Part shown: piece after piece, positions 1 to 12,977 of the stretch
Position numbering within the stretch: the stretch's first letter is position 1
How the letters are laid out: each line of letters begins with the position of its first letter
NCBI RefSeq assembly: GCF_963921235.1
Contig: NC_086097.1
Location: 132,310,001 to 132,374,000 of the forward strand
Direction: 5' to 3'
DNA: 64,000 nucleotides
From: Mobula hypostoma
Lineage: Eukaryota
Position numbers and translations under genes: made by a program
Notes under the pieces: model-generated
The model's input: only the letters and a program-made list of their open reading frames with translations
Told to the model about the DNA's origin: nothing
The model's database searches: none

Positions 1-290
1 ACAAATAAAGGTCATGGATTAAGGGTGAAAGGTGAAAAGTTTAGCAGGAATACACAGACTTCTTCACTCAGAGGGTCATGGGAGTATGGAATGAGCTGTC
101 AGAACAAGTGGTGCTTGCAAACTCGATTTCAACGTTTAAGAAAAGTTTGGATAGGTACATGGAGGGAGGAGTATGAAGGTCTATGGCCCGGGTCCAAGTC
201 TCAGGGAGTAGGCAGTTTAAATGGCTTGGCATGAACTAGATGGGCCAAAGGGTCTGTGTCTGTGCTGTATTTTCCTATGACTCTGAGTCA
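1..290 (+). mobile_element. CR1 LINE 3' end fragment
   Basis: ttcttcactcagagggtc...tggaatgagctg (FFTQRV..WN-like C-terminus), followed by the CR1 3' UTR gggccaaagggtctg and a ctatgact tail. Confidence 0.8.
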
Positions 291-329
291 ATGACTCTAA
301 ATACCCCAGTTTTAAATTACCTGTCCCTC

Positions 330-720
330 ATATTGTAGAAATGGAGGCAACTAGTGGAATTATCTATCCTGTAAAGGCCTCCAAGGATCTAATATGTTGG
401 AGTAAGATCACCTCTTATTCTTTTAAACTCCAAGGAATACAGACTAAAATTATCTAGCCTCGCATGAGAGAACAACTCTCTCATCCCAGGAACTGACCTG
501 GTGAATCTCCTTTGGACTGCCTCTAATTTTATTCCATCCTTATCTTTTTAGGTAAGAGGACCAAGACTGTGTGCTTTATTCCAGGTGTGCTTGACCAATA
601 CTCTGTACAACTTTAATATTCCTATTTTTAAATTCCATCCACTTCTCAATCAAGGCTAACACACCAATTTACCTTATTAACGAATGGGTGAGCACACCTA
701 CTGACCTTTTTTGATTCATT
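330..720 (-). mobile_element. Degraded CR1 ORF2 C-terminal fragment
   Basis: aagatcacctcttattc is the reverse complement of the RGDL motif; neighbouring sequence resembles other CR1 copies in the window. Confidence 0.6.
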
Positions 721-2514
721 CACTAGAACATCTTAATCCCTTTGAATATCATTCACTTGCTGCAGATTAGCTGGGGGTAGAGGAAGAGACGACAGCTGAT
801 TAGCTTGCCTTGGTGATGGTTTGGTCTTGGAAACTCAACTTAAGGGATGGCTAGGAGAGTGAACACAGAGTGGGATAGAAGGCATGGAGGTAGGTGGAGA
901 GGAAAAGTCTCCATAACAACATCTATCATACTGTCAAGGTTGAAGAAGCTGCTAAGGAGAATCCCAGTGAGAGCCTGAAGTTATTGGTGTAATGACAAAA
1001 AGGGGGATGCAGGCAACATCAGCATAACCTCATACATACCCTCACAATAGCCTTTATCTCCAACAGTGGAGAAGGACATTGAAATATTGTCCTCCCCTTA
1101 GATATTCTTCTCCATCTTATCTACTACCTGGCGACATGCACTCAGGGATAGAAATTCCACCACAAAGTGAACCTCAGGGAAGACGGATGCCAACAAAGTT
1201 TTGACATTGCCACCAACAGTTTTCCAATCTTTCTCATCACCTGCAAAGGCTTCTCACTACAGTGAAACTAATCCAGAGGACAAATGTGTAACCGGTCACA
1301 ACCTCAAGTATGTTTCGAAACATGGATCACACTAGCCTCAGTTATTGAGTTGCAGTATAACATGACACATGCATTCTGAGTTATCATCAAAAGGCATTGT
1401 ACAATTGCAGTTTTCTTCTACCATATAAATTCAAAAAACAATTTGTTGCAAACAAATCTTATTTCTGCCTAGAGATTAGCTCTGAGAGAAATATCAGCAG
1501 CTCTAATGATAACATTTTGGCTCTCTGTACTAATAATTAATGGACTGGGTACTTTAAGCAATTTAATATCTCTATTAATTTAACAGGCATAATCTAATAT
1601 TGCATAAGAATTTGCTGTATTATTAGCTTTTTCTATTAATGGTACTTTCTACATTTACATTTAATAGTATGATAATGAGGGATACCTTGAATGTTGACAC
1701 TAATTGTTTCACACATTATAAACTTCATTGGGTCAACTTCTTTATTATCTTGTAATATGCTTTAACCACAGAACTCCCCAGTGATCAATACTGATGAACT
1801 TGAAACACTTCCTTTGCAGCCCTTAATTTGTTGTGTGGGTTTAAAACGACGCTGGAGTGAATGGCATTCAATGCAGCCTGAGAGTTAGCATTGCCAAGGA
1901 CTGAATGGCCTGCTTTTGAATAAGACCACCTTGAAGCTAGACTCAGAGACACGAATTACCAGTACCTAACCACTATTACTTGAATAATAAGGTTGGAGAA
2001 GAGAATTTCTGTTCTGTCCTGAACGGATTCATTAATTTTATGTCATCTTCATAAGTAACGGCCTTCGATTCCATAGTACAAAAAATCAAAACATGACACA
2101 TCCACCTCATCACTCTGCCTCTGAATCTCATCTCTTTAATGAACCACATCCAATTGTCTTCCACCCATTTGTTTTGTCAGAATTAATATACCTACTACTA
2201 ATTTATTCTATGTGCTCAGGACATTCTATCATATTTCTTTCCTCGCTCCTCCCCCCCCCAATTTTTAAGTGAGACCTCTATTCTTCCACTCTCCCAACCA
2301 TCTACTATTTGAACCTTCCCTGCATTCCCATGTCCAACTCTCTGCTCACTTCATTAAACTCATTCATAATTTAATGAGATCTTCTCATTGTCTTATCAGT
2401 AAGTCCAGTGAGCCACTTCCCTCACTGCCAGTTTTGATGCTGTTATTTAAGGATAAAATAGCATATGGACTGATACCTTGCATTATGGACCATTGTTCTT
2501 GTGATCTTATTCGC

Positions 2515-2880
2515 TAAAATTCATAAAACAATGAGAGGCTTATATGGGGTAGGCAGTCAGAATCTTTTTTCCAGGGTAGAAGTGTCAAATACTAGAAGAC
2601 ACATCTTCAAGGTGAGAGTGAGAAAGAAAGGAGATGTGTGGGATAAGTTTTTTTAACACAGGGAGTGGGAGATACCTGGAACAGACAGCCAGGGTTAGTA
2701 GAGGAAGCAGATATGTTAGTGGAGTTCAAGAGGCTTTCAAATAGATGCATGAATATAGCAGGAGCAGAGAGATGTGGATCATGTGCAGGCAGTTGGATTA
2801 GTTTAATTTGGCATCATGCTCAGCATAGACATTGTGGGCTGAAAGGCCTGTTCCTATACGGTACTGTTCTATTTTCTATG
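2515..2880 (+). mobile_element. CR1 3' end fragment
   Basis: FF-TQ..WN..P..VEEAD...FKRL-like translation; 3' UTR gggctgaaaggcctgttc. Confidence 0.75.
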
Positions 2881-2949
2881 ATCCAGAGATTTGAGTTCAA
2901 ATCCCACAATGGAAGCTGGAGGATATCAATTCAAGTAATTAAGTAATAA

Positions 2950-3675
2950 ACTGGTTGAGTGGTGTTGCCAAAACAACCTCTCGTTCAATGTCAGCAAAAC
3001 TAAAGAGCTGATGGTTAAATTCAGAAAGGGGAAAGGCAACAAGCATGTGTCAGTCTACATTGGGGGATTAGTGGCATAGAGAACCAGCAGTTTTAAATTC
3101 CTGGGTGTTAATATATTGGATAATTGTCCTTATGACCAAAAACTTTAACCAGCTTCTGCAGATGTACTGCTGAAAGTATCCTGACTGGTTGTGTCATGGT
3201 CTGGTATGGCACTTTGAGCGTGCAGATATGTAAGAAGCAGCAGAGTGTAGTGGACCTGTCCAATGCATCACAGGCACATCCCTTTCTACCACTGGCAGTA
3301 TCTACAGAAAGAAAAAAACATTTATCATCAAAGATCCCCATTATCCAGGCCATGACATCTTTTTGCTGCTCCATTCAGGCAGGAGATACAAAAGCCCGAA
3401 GCCTCACCACCAAGTTCAAGAACAGCTGATTCCCTTCAACCATTTAGTTCTTGAACAAACTAGTGAAATATTGCTGCAGTTTAGCAACCCTATGACCATT
3501 CTGATACTTTTGCACTAAAATTGATATTTGTATGTTAATTATGTTTTCTTGTAAAAATATGCATAATTTATATGTATATTTTTTCTTATGACTAACTGTA
3601 TGTGCTATGAGCCTGTAATGTTTCTGCATCAGTATGTACATGTACTTGAGCATATGATAACAAACTTGACTTTGT
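2950..3675 (+). mobile_element. Rex1/Babar-type LINE 3' portion
   Basis: VEWC..NNL.FNVSKTKELMV.FRK motif at 2955-3030; FYRCT.ESILTGC-like segment; caaacttgactt tail. It splits an older SINE-like repeat (2880-2950 and 3690-3870). Confidence 0.75.
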
Positions 3676-5497
3676 CTGTGACTTGAAGAAATGCAGAGAC
3701 TTGAAAGTAGTGGTAACTATGAAAGTACACGTTCCTTCACTTCACTAATGTCCTCTAGAGAAGGAAATTAGAAATCTGAGCCACAGATAACTTCAGAACA
3801 CCACCTCCTCAGTTCAGAGGGGTGGCCTTAAAGGCTCAAGGTGTCTAATTTCTGGAAATGAATAAATAAGGATGGACAACCTTGTTTTGTGAGAAAGAGC
3901 TACAAAAGCCATGTATACTATTTACTACTAAAACATTTGTGCATGTTACTTGTTTAATATTTAGTATAGAATGAAATGCTTTATTATAATTTATAATTAA
4001 TTTATTACAATTTTCCTTTCACAACAGGCATGTAACAAAAATGTCAACAGTTAGAAGGATGCAAATCTTTCTGTAGGGCTGTTTTAGTTTTTAAATGCGA
4101 CATTGGCTAGAGGTGAGGCAACATTCTTTGGGAATCAGGCAAATTTTCTACATTGGGACTTTGTTTAAAACCATTCAAAAACACTTAAAGCTCTGTCTTA
4201 GAGTTCTGCTCCATGTTACCTCCAGGAGTCATGAAGTCATTCAGCATGAAACCAGGCCATTCGGCACAAAATGTCCATTTTGACTGGTGTACACGTTTCC
4301 ATATTAAGCATATTTTGAGGCTTTTGGACAATAGCCTTTGACGCCTAGGTGATTCAACTGCTCATCAATGAAGGATGGCATCACATCAAATGAGGCCGTA
4401 TGGGTTGGGGTTAGGAATTGCTGGGTGTGTATCATCAGTCAAACTATCTAACGATCAACAAGAGATAGAGATGCAAATATAAAGACAAAGAACCATTTCT
4501 CAAGAAAGTTCAAATGGGATGACTATTTTCTGGGCGGAAATGATGAAGCATTTTGCTATTAGGTTTTTATCAATAAAGTGCTCGATAATTGATTACCATG
4601 TTACATCTGTGAAATCCATGATGTAGACAATGGCACCTTCAATAAAGGTGTCAAACCGTTTTAATAAAAGGTAGTTCTAGGTTATGGAAGGGTTAATGTG
4701 GCATCATAAATCATATCTAAGTAAGGAGCTGTAAACTGCCTCAGCCACTGATGATGCTATTGGCAGCGGGGTCAAAAGGTATGAAGGAAACATTGAACCC
4801 AGAGAGAGGAAGCTGGCTTCAAAGTGAATCATTTCCCTGCCCTATTCAGACATTGATAAAACACGGTGAGCTGAAAGAATAATAGGTGAATTATAAATTA
4901 ATGATTTTTCTGGTATGTAAATGGCAATTAAAGAACATAGACTGCTTCAGGCTCTGTCCATAAGCTCTTCTCCATTAGTATTGATGGAAGTGCACTCAGA
5001 CACAGATTTAAAACTAGTAATGCACTTTGGCCAGTGTTTACCATCCTCACCAAATTCCTTAAACAATGCATTTCTTCCTGTTTTTGTTTTGTTGTTTGAT
5101 TGCATGAATATGTTATAAGGAGTCCCACAACTCCAGCTTTATTGGCATTTTAAGCTTGGATTCCTTAAGTTAAACTCCACACTACTGATGCATTGCAGTC
5201 AGTGAAAGAGGCTGAAAGCCCAGCTGATTTTAGAGCCATTCTTTGTGTAGAAGCTGCACGTTACCTGTAAGTTTGTGCTGGCAGGGGAACTGAATTGGGG
5301 CGGGGGTGGTGAGAAAGCAAGGCTGAATTGACGAACTCTGCAGAGGGCAACCTTCAGTCACTTAATGAACAATTTTGTAGTGACTCTAATTAAGTGCCTT
5401 CTCAGTTTCCAGTTCTGTTTGTCTTGCCTTGATATAAACTGTCATGCATCTAACCTATCAGTGAGAGGGTGTTGAAATTCCACGCTCAGAGAACAAA

Positions 5498-5649
5498 ACA
5501 AAATATGCTAGAGAAACTCAGCAAAGGGTCTCGGCCTGAAATGTTGACTGTTTATTCCCTTCCAAAGGTGCTGCCTGAGTTGCTGAGTTCCTCCAGCATT
5601 TTGTGTGTGTTACTCAAGATTTCCTGCGTCTGTGGAATCCCTTGTGTGC
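5498..5649 (+). mobile_element. Fold-back PLE pLTR mini-insertion
   Basis: Short inverted arm plus pLTR with tail; flanking direct repeat cagagaacaaa at 5487-5497 and 5650-5660. Confidence 0.75.
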
Positions 5650-5689
5650 CAGAGAACAAAGGATTTCATTAGTATAGCAACCTGCCTTT

Positions 5690-6000
5690 TTGCCATCTCG
5701 AAGCATTTCTTAGCCACTGAAGTACTTAATGAAGTGCCAATTGTTATGAAGGACTGTAGCAACCAAGACCTCAAAAGTGTGGTGCAATGATGACTGGATA
5801 AGTTGGTTCAGTGACATTAACGGAGGATGAAAATGCAGACTAGTGCACCTGGGACAATACCCCTTATTTGTTCTTATTGGAAGTAGTGCCACCAGATGAG
5901 TTTGTCACACAAGGTTACACAGCAAACATGGTCTCAACTAATGCCTTATCTGAGAAACAGCATCTTTGATATCACAGCATTCTCTCAGTGCTGTCATCGA
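5690..6000 (-). mobile_element. Deu-SINE-like (SacSINE1-type) repeat
   Basis: cagcattctctcagtgctg is the reverse complement of the Deu-domain-like cagcactgagagaatgctg; similar copies occur elsewhere in the window. Confidence 0.55.
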
Positions 6001-6859
6001 CACAAATTCCCTGGTTAGTAGCAAAAGAATGACACTTACTATCTACTTCAAAGAGGACATCTGGAAGAGGTTCATAGAGTCATAGAGCTACACAGCATGG
6101 AAACATGTCCCTCCCCGATTTGTCCTTGCCAACCAAATCATCCATTCATGCTAGTCCCATATGCCTGCATTTGGCCCAAATCCCTCTAACCCCTTTCTAT
6201 CCACGTACTTATGCATGGATTTCCATTTTATAGTCCCTAGCAACTATGATGTCATCAGGATGACTGATCAGTCAGAATGGCAGAGAGAAGAATTTCTTCA
6301 GGAAGCAAAAACTACAATATTCTTTAAAAAAAATTGATAGATCACGTAAAGATTGGGACAGCTATATGTATTATTGCTAAAATTGATTCAACTCTCATTA
6401 TTTATTTAAGTCGAAAGAAATTTGAAAAAGAAAATTCTTGAACAGTATAAAATAAAATCAGCAGCAGGGATTTTGGTTGTTTTAAGGCTTAGTCACATGC
6501 CTTAAAATATTTTCAATGTTGTGAGTAGCACATAAAATATTGACACTCATGTCATATCACTGAATCTGTACTTACGAACCTGATGAGAACATGAGAGAGG
6601 ATTTCCTGCAAAGGAACAGTAAATTGACTTTCCAGGAATTGGTTGGTTTATTATTGTTGTTGCATGTATCGAGATAACAGTGAAGACATTATTTTGCATG
6701 GCATCTATACAGATCATTTTAAAATATAAGTACATCAAGGTAGTACGTCTCAATGGGAGCGAGTCATAATTTGAAATGATGAGTGGGAGAGCAACATAGT
6801 TTTAAGATGAAAGCCATTTGAAAAGAACAAGTCTCATGAGACCTGAGTTTTATTTGAGC

Positions 6860-8847
6860 CAATAGAAAGAAATAAGGAATAAGTGGAATGGCCATTGTGT
6901 GAGTGGGCCAGTGTTAGAGTGGTCAAGCCTTGGCTCAAAAGGCATACCGAGCCGTGATACATCTGAATCGGACGCTTTCTATGGTGCATTTATAACAATT
7001 GGTGAGTGTCAAAGCCGAGAACAGGTGGAGACAAAGGGTGCTTCTGAGTCACTTGGTATCATTTATTTTTGATTATAGACTTGGGCTTGAGAAGTTGGAG
7101 CCAAAGCTGAGTAGGTGATCTAGGTGTATGCGAAAATCTGTGGTTTCAGAGAAAAGGCAGAGGTAAGCTTTTTTTGTTGTCTGTAAGACCTCAGTCTTTA
7201 ATTCCATGTCAGCAGGATGGTAGTTAGAGCATTAGAGTACTCCTCCTGTAATATGGGATTTCAGGGTGTCTAACAGTCTCCACGACGACTATATCTGTGG
7301 GAAGTGCAGCCGACTTCAATTCTTGGCTGATAAAGTCAAAGGGTTCAAGCATTCATTTTATTGTCAAAGTATGCATGTACACTACAATTCTGATTATTTG
7401 TCTACTCCAGATAGCTATTAAATACAGAAAGACATCAACCACCCACCCCCCAGCATGTAAAAGAAAAGAAACAAAACTTGCAGACCCCAAAAATCACTCC
7501 TCCCCCACAGCAAAAATAACAGTGAGAATAGCAGTCTGCAGGAAAAAAATGGTGACAACAACAGGAGCTGGTGCTAGATGTACTAAGGACCAAACCCGAA
7601 TGCTGAAAACCTCCAAGATGAATCCTTTACTGAGGTGGTCACCCAAAGAGTGTAGTCTTCAGATAGTAGGTGAGTGACCACTGGGGGAAGTAAGGGGAGC
7701 AAGCAGTCATTGCAGGGTTGCCCTGTGGCCATTCCTCTCAGCAACAAGTATACACCTTTGAAAACTGCTGATGGGGGTGTGGGGGGGTGTGGGGTCTGTG
7801 GATGCCCTATCAGGGCACTGTAGCAGCAGCCAGGCCAGTGGCACTGTGGCTGGCTCTGAGGTTCAGAAAGGAAGTGTAAAGTCAAAGATTGTGAAAGGAG
7901 GTTTGATCGTTAAGGGACTGGACAGGAGATTCAGTGGCTGTGACATAGAAGCCCAGATGGTGTGTTGTCTCCAAAGTGCTAGGGTCAAGGATGTCTCAGA
8001 TTGGCTGCAAAATATTCTCAAGAGGGAGGCCGAGCAGACTGGTGTCGTGGTGCACTTTGGCACCAATGACATTGGTAGAACGGGGAAGAGGTCCTGTGCA
8101 GTGAGTATAGGGAGTTGGGTAAGATTCTGAAGAGCAAACTTCTGGGTTACTCCTGGTGCTACGTGTTAGTCAGGACAGGAGTAGAATGATAGTACAGATG
8201 AATGTGTAGCTGAAGAAATGGTGCAGGGGGCAGGGCTTCCGTCTCTTGAATCATTGGGACCTCTTCTAGTGTAGGGGTGACTGGTACAAGAGGCACGGCT
8301 TGCACCTAAACCGGAGGGGAATCAATATCCTGGCTGAAAGGTTTGCTAGTGCTACCCAGGAGGGTTTAAACTAGTTTGGCAGGAGGATGGGAATCAGAGC
8401 TCCAGGTCAGAAAGGACGGCGGGGAAGGACCAGTAAAAAACAGGCAGGAGCAAAGTAATAGATATCATAGGATGGATAGTTTGAAGTGTGAGTATTGTAA
8501 TGCTAGGAGTATTATTGGTAAAGATGGTGAACTTAGAGCCTGGATCAGTACATGGAACTATGACGTTGTGGCCATTACAGAGAGCTGGTTAAGAGAAGGA
8601 CAGGAATGAATGCTTAATATCCCAAGGTTTTGATGTTTCAGAAAGGATGGAGAGGGAGTTAAAGGGGGAGTGAAGCTGCACTAATAATCAGGGACAATAT
8701 CCCAGCTGCACTCAGAGGGGACATAATGGAGCCACTGAGCACCCACCGAGTCTATATGGGTTGAGCTCAAAGATGGGAATACTGCAATCACTCTGATGGA
8801 ATTCTACTATAGACACCCCAATAGCCATCGGGCCATTGAGCAACAGA
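6860..8847 (+). mobile_element. CR1 5' part: UTR, ORF1 (Zn finger + esterase), start of ORF2 endonuclease
   Basis: ICGKC; VCCL.SARVKDVSD; VVVHFGTNDIGR; CNARSI...YDVVAITESWL. Contains small insertions at ~6952-7014 and ~7340-7520. Confidence 0.85.
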
Positions 8848-9365
8848 GCAACCCACACAAAATGCTGGAGGAACTCAGCAGGTCAGGCAGCATTGATGGA
8901 AAAGAGTAAACTGTTGACATTTCAGGCCGAGATCCACCTTCAGGACTGAGAAGGACGGTGGAAGGTGCCAGAATAAAAAGCTTGGGGGAAGGAAAAAGAG
9001 GCTAGCTGGAAGGTGATAGGCGGGAAGGGTCAAGGGCTGGACGAGACAGAATCAAATAGGAGAGGGGAGTGGATCAAAGGAGAAAGGGAAAGAGGTGGGA
9101 ATCCAGGTGGAAGTAGTAGGCAGGTGAGAAGAAGTGAAAGGTTGGATTGGGGAATGGGGGGTGGAGTGGAATTTGGGATTTGTTTACCAGAAGGGGAATT
9201 CCATATTCAGGTTGGAGGGAACCCAGATGGAATTTAAGGTGTTGCTCCTCCACATTGAGGGTGGCTCATTTTGGCACGAGGAGGCCATGGATTGGCGAAT
9301 GGGAATCGGAACTAAAATGTTTGGCCACCAGGAAGTTCTGTTAGTGGTGGATGGTGCAAAAGTGC
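8848..9365 (-). mobile_element. PLE fragment: pLTR and GIY-YIG C-terminus
   Basis: acacaaaatgctggaggaactcagc pLTR; minus-strand translation EEQHLKFHLGSLQP at ~9205-9255. Confidence 0.75.
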
Positions 9366-11178
9366 TAGACTCACCAATCTATAGTTTCCAGGATTTTTAC
9401 TGGTTTCCTTCTTGAATAATGGAACAACATTAGCTACTCATCTGCCCCTCAGGACCTCCTCTATAACTTGATAGGACATGAAAATATTGGACAAGACCCC
9501 AGCAATCTCTTCTCTTGCCTCCCTCAAAAACCTGTGGTATATCCCATCAGACGCTGGAGACTTGTCTACCTTAATGCTCTTTAAGGGGTTCACACAGCTT
9601 CCTCCTTTACCTCGAAATGCCTTAGTATATTAGATTTAAATTTAGATTAGATTATGAGGACACGCAGTCCTCTTCTATTGTCATTTAGTAATGCATGCAT
9701 TAAGAAATGGTACAATGTTCCTCCAGTATGATACCACAGAAACACAAGACTGAAAAACTGACAAAAAAACACATAATTATAACATATAGTTACAACAGTG
9801 CAAAGCAATACTGTAATTTGATAAAGAACAGACCATGGGCGTGGTTTTAAAAAAAAGTCTCAAAGTCTCTCAAAAGTCCCATCATCTCACGCAGACGGAG
9901 AAGGAGGAAGAAAACTCTTCCTGCCATGAACCTCTAGCGCCGCAAACTTGCCGGTGCAGCACCCTGGAAGCACCCGACCACAGCTGACTCTTGAGTCCGT
10001 CCAAAAACTTCGAGCCTCTGACCAGCCCTCCGACACCAAACACGGAGCACCATCTCTGCCGAGCGCTTCGACCCCGGCCCCAGCCGCCAAGCAATAGGCA
10101 AAGCCGAGGATTTGGGGCCTTCCCCTCTGGAGATTCTTGATCACACAGTAGCAGCGGCAGCGAAGCGGGCATTTCAGAAGTTTCTCCAGGTGTTCCTCCG
10201 TGCTTCTCATGTCTGTCTCCATCAAATCAGGATTGTCCATGGTACCTACTTAACAAATACCGATATCATTCTGGAGCAGCCGCGCGCGCTGTGTCATGCC
10301 GCCATCTTCTCCTCCCTCCCTTCCAGCTGGGTTTCCTCCTTAATACACTTGGCACAGATCTCCCTATCCTCCACATATTTCCCTTTGGTAATTACTGATG
10401 TAAAGTCCTTTTTGAGGACATCACCCACATCCACCTCATCCAACCAAGTATTTTCTTCTTTATCTTTGAGTGGTCCTACCCTCTCCCTAGTTACCCACTT
10501 AATCTTGGTGTATGTATAAAATGCCTTGGCATACTTTTTTAAATTCTCCTTACCAAGGATATTTCATGACCCCTCCTGGCTTTCCTACTTTCCTTCATTA
10601 GTTCTTTATGGTTTCTTCATCAAGGACTCTGTTTGATTCTAGTTTCCTAAGCTTTACATCCTTTTCCTTTTTCTTCTTGAATAAATTCATCGCCTCTCTC
10701 AACATCCAAGGTTCCTTACCTTGCCTTTCCTGCCTATCCTTCTGACTGGAACATACCATACAGCTGTTCACAATTAACTCTCCCTAGTTCCTGCCCAATG
10801 ATCTTGAAATTTGTTCTGCTCCAATTTAATGCTGTCCTGCAATGTCCACACATATCCTTATCTATAGCTATCTTAAAACTTAAAGACGTGCTCACTATTC
10901 TTTAACTACTCATCTCCTGAGAGGTCAGACCCCCTGCCAGGCTCATTACCCAACGCCAGGTTCAGTAGAGCACTCCCCCCCAACCCTGTTGAACTATCTA
11001 CATATTGAATCAAGAAGTTCTCCTATATTCTCCTCTATATACCTAACAAATTCTGCTCTATCTAACCCTCTTGCACTCTGAAGGTCCCAATTTATATCAG
11101 GGAAGTTGAAATCCCCGATGACAACAGCCTATAGTTTTTGCACCTTTCTTTAGTCTACCTGCATATCTGTTCCTCAAT
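9366..11178 (-). mobile_element. Central CR1 ORF2 segment, inverted relative to its flanks
   Basis: Minus-strand translation runs from IEEQICR (11178) via VVIGDFNF to PGNYRLVSL (~9370); interrupted at 9631-10339. Confidence 0.8.
9631..10339 (-). mobile_element. Non-coding retroposon with CpG-rich, YY1-motif 5' end
   Basis: Minus strand starts gggagggaggagaagatggcggc and ends in an (aatct)n-like tail; it interrupts CR1 sequence. Confidence 0.65.
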
Positions 11179-11608
11179 CACAAACACAAGAAAGTCTGCA
11201 GATGCTGGAAATCCAAAGCAACACATACAAAATGCTGGAGGAACTCAGCCGATCAGGTAGCATCTAAGGAAAAGAGTAAACTGACAATGTTTTGGGCCGA
11301 GACCCTTCCTCAGACTTCTTGTGATAAGAGTCCCTCTTGTCCTTAGCTTCTAACCCACCAACTCTTCATCCAACACATTACCCTCTGCAACTTCCACCAT
11401 CTCTTTGTGATTTCCTTGCCCATTTGTCCCTCCCCACTAATCTCCCGCCTGGCTCTTACCCCTGCAAGCAGCATAAGTACTACAAAAGCCATACTCCTCC
11501 CCCCTCACCTCCATTCAGAGCCCCAACTAGTCATTCCAGGTTAGGCAACACTTCACATGCAAATGTGCTGGGGTTGTCTATTGAGTCCACTGCTCCTGAC
11601 ATGGCTTC
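11179..11608. mobile_element. PLE: tailed pLTR (minus, to ~11315) plus ORF fragment (plus)
   Basis: aaacacaagaaagtctgcagatgctgg tail; plus-strand RVPLVL, GSYPCK and SFQVRQHFTC..GVVY (GIY-YIG-type region). Confidence 0.75.
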
Positions 11609-12945
11609 TTGGTGGTAGAGAAGTTACTGGAGAGAATTATTTGGGATAAGAATGATGAATATTTGGAAAACCATGGCCCAATTAAGGAGAGCCAGCATGG
11701 CTTTGTGTGGGACAAACTGTGTCTTACTAACTTGATTAATTTTTTTGACCAAGTGACAAGGGTGGTTGATGAATTTAGAGCTGTGGATGTCATCTACATG
11801 GATTCTAGTAAGGCATTTGACAAGATCCCTCATGGGAGGCTCATGTAGAAGATTAAGATGTATGGGATCCATGAAGAATTGACTGTTTGGATTCAGAACT
11901 GGCTTGCTCATGGAAGACAGAGGGTAGTTTTTGAAGGGGCTTATTTTAGATGGATGTCTGTGATTAGTGGTGTTCTGCAGGGATCTGGGCTGGGACCTCT
12001 GCTGTTTGTAATGTATATAAATCAGTTGGATGAAAATGCAGATGGGTGGATTAGTAAGTTTGCAGATTGGTGGTGTTGCGGATAGCATAGAAGACTGGCT
12101 AAGAATACAGCAGGATATAGATCATTTGCAGATATGGGCAGAGAAATGGCAGATGCCAGCTAAGTGTGAAGCGTTACCACTTGGTAGGTCAAATGTAAAG
12201 AGACAGTGTGCTGTTTAGGATAAGACCATTAACGGTGTTGGTGAGCAGAGGGACCTTGGGATCCAAGTGCATAGTTCCCTGAAAGTGGCTACATAGGTTG
12301 ATAGCGTGGTTAAGAAGGCATATGGTAAGTTTGCCTTTATCAGTCTAGGCACTGAGTTCAAACGTAAGTTATGTTACAACTTTATAAAGTTCCATGTAGG
12401 CCGTATCTGGAGCATTACATACATTTCAGGTTGCCCCACTTAGAAGAAGGATGTTGAAGCTTTTGAGAGGAGGCAGAAGAGGTTTACCTGGATTAAAGGG
12501 CATGTGTTATAATGAGAGGCTGGACAAACTTGTGTTTTCTTCTCCAGAATGGCAGAGGCTGAAGGGAGATCTAGTAGGAGCTTATAAAATTATGAGAGGC
12601 ATTGAGAGAGTAGACAGACAGTATCACTTTTTTGCAGGGTTGAAATGTCCAATAGCAGAGGGCATGCATTTAACGTGAGAGGGGGCAACCTCAAAGGAGA
12701 TGGGAAGGGCAAGTGTTTTTTCTTACACAGAAAGTGGTGGGTGCCTGGAATTCATTTCCTGGAATGGTGTTAGAAGAACATTTAGAGACATTTAAATAGA
12801 CACATGAATGTGAGGAAAATGGAAGGATATGGACCTTAGGGATTAGTTAAGTTGCCCAGTTGATGACTAATTTAATTGGATTGGCACAACATTGTGAGCT
12901 GAAGGGTCTGTTTCTGTGCTGTACTGCTTTCCTATGTTCTAAAAC
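11609..12945 (+). mobile_element. CR1 RT domain and 3' UTR
   Basis: VVEKLLE, SQHGF, CLTNL, DVIYMD.SKAFDKIPH, GPLLFVMYIN, SKFAD; tatgttct tail. Confidence 0.9.
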
Positions 12946-12977
12946 AAAAGGAAAAGCAAAAATGGAGTGCAGAATAT

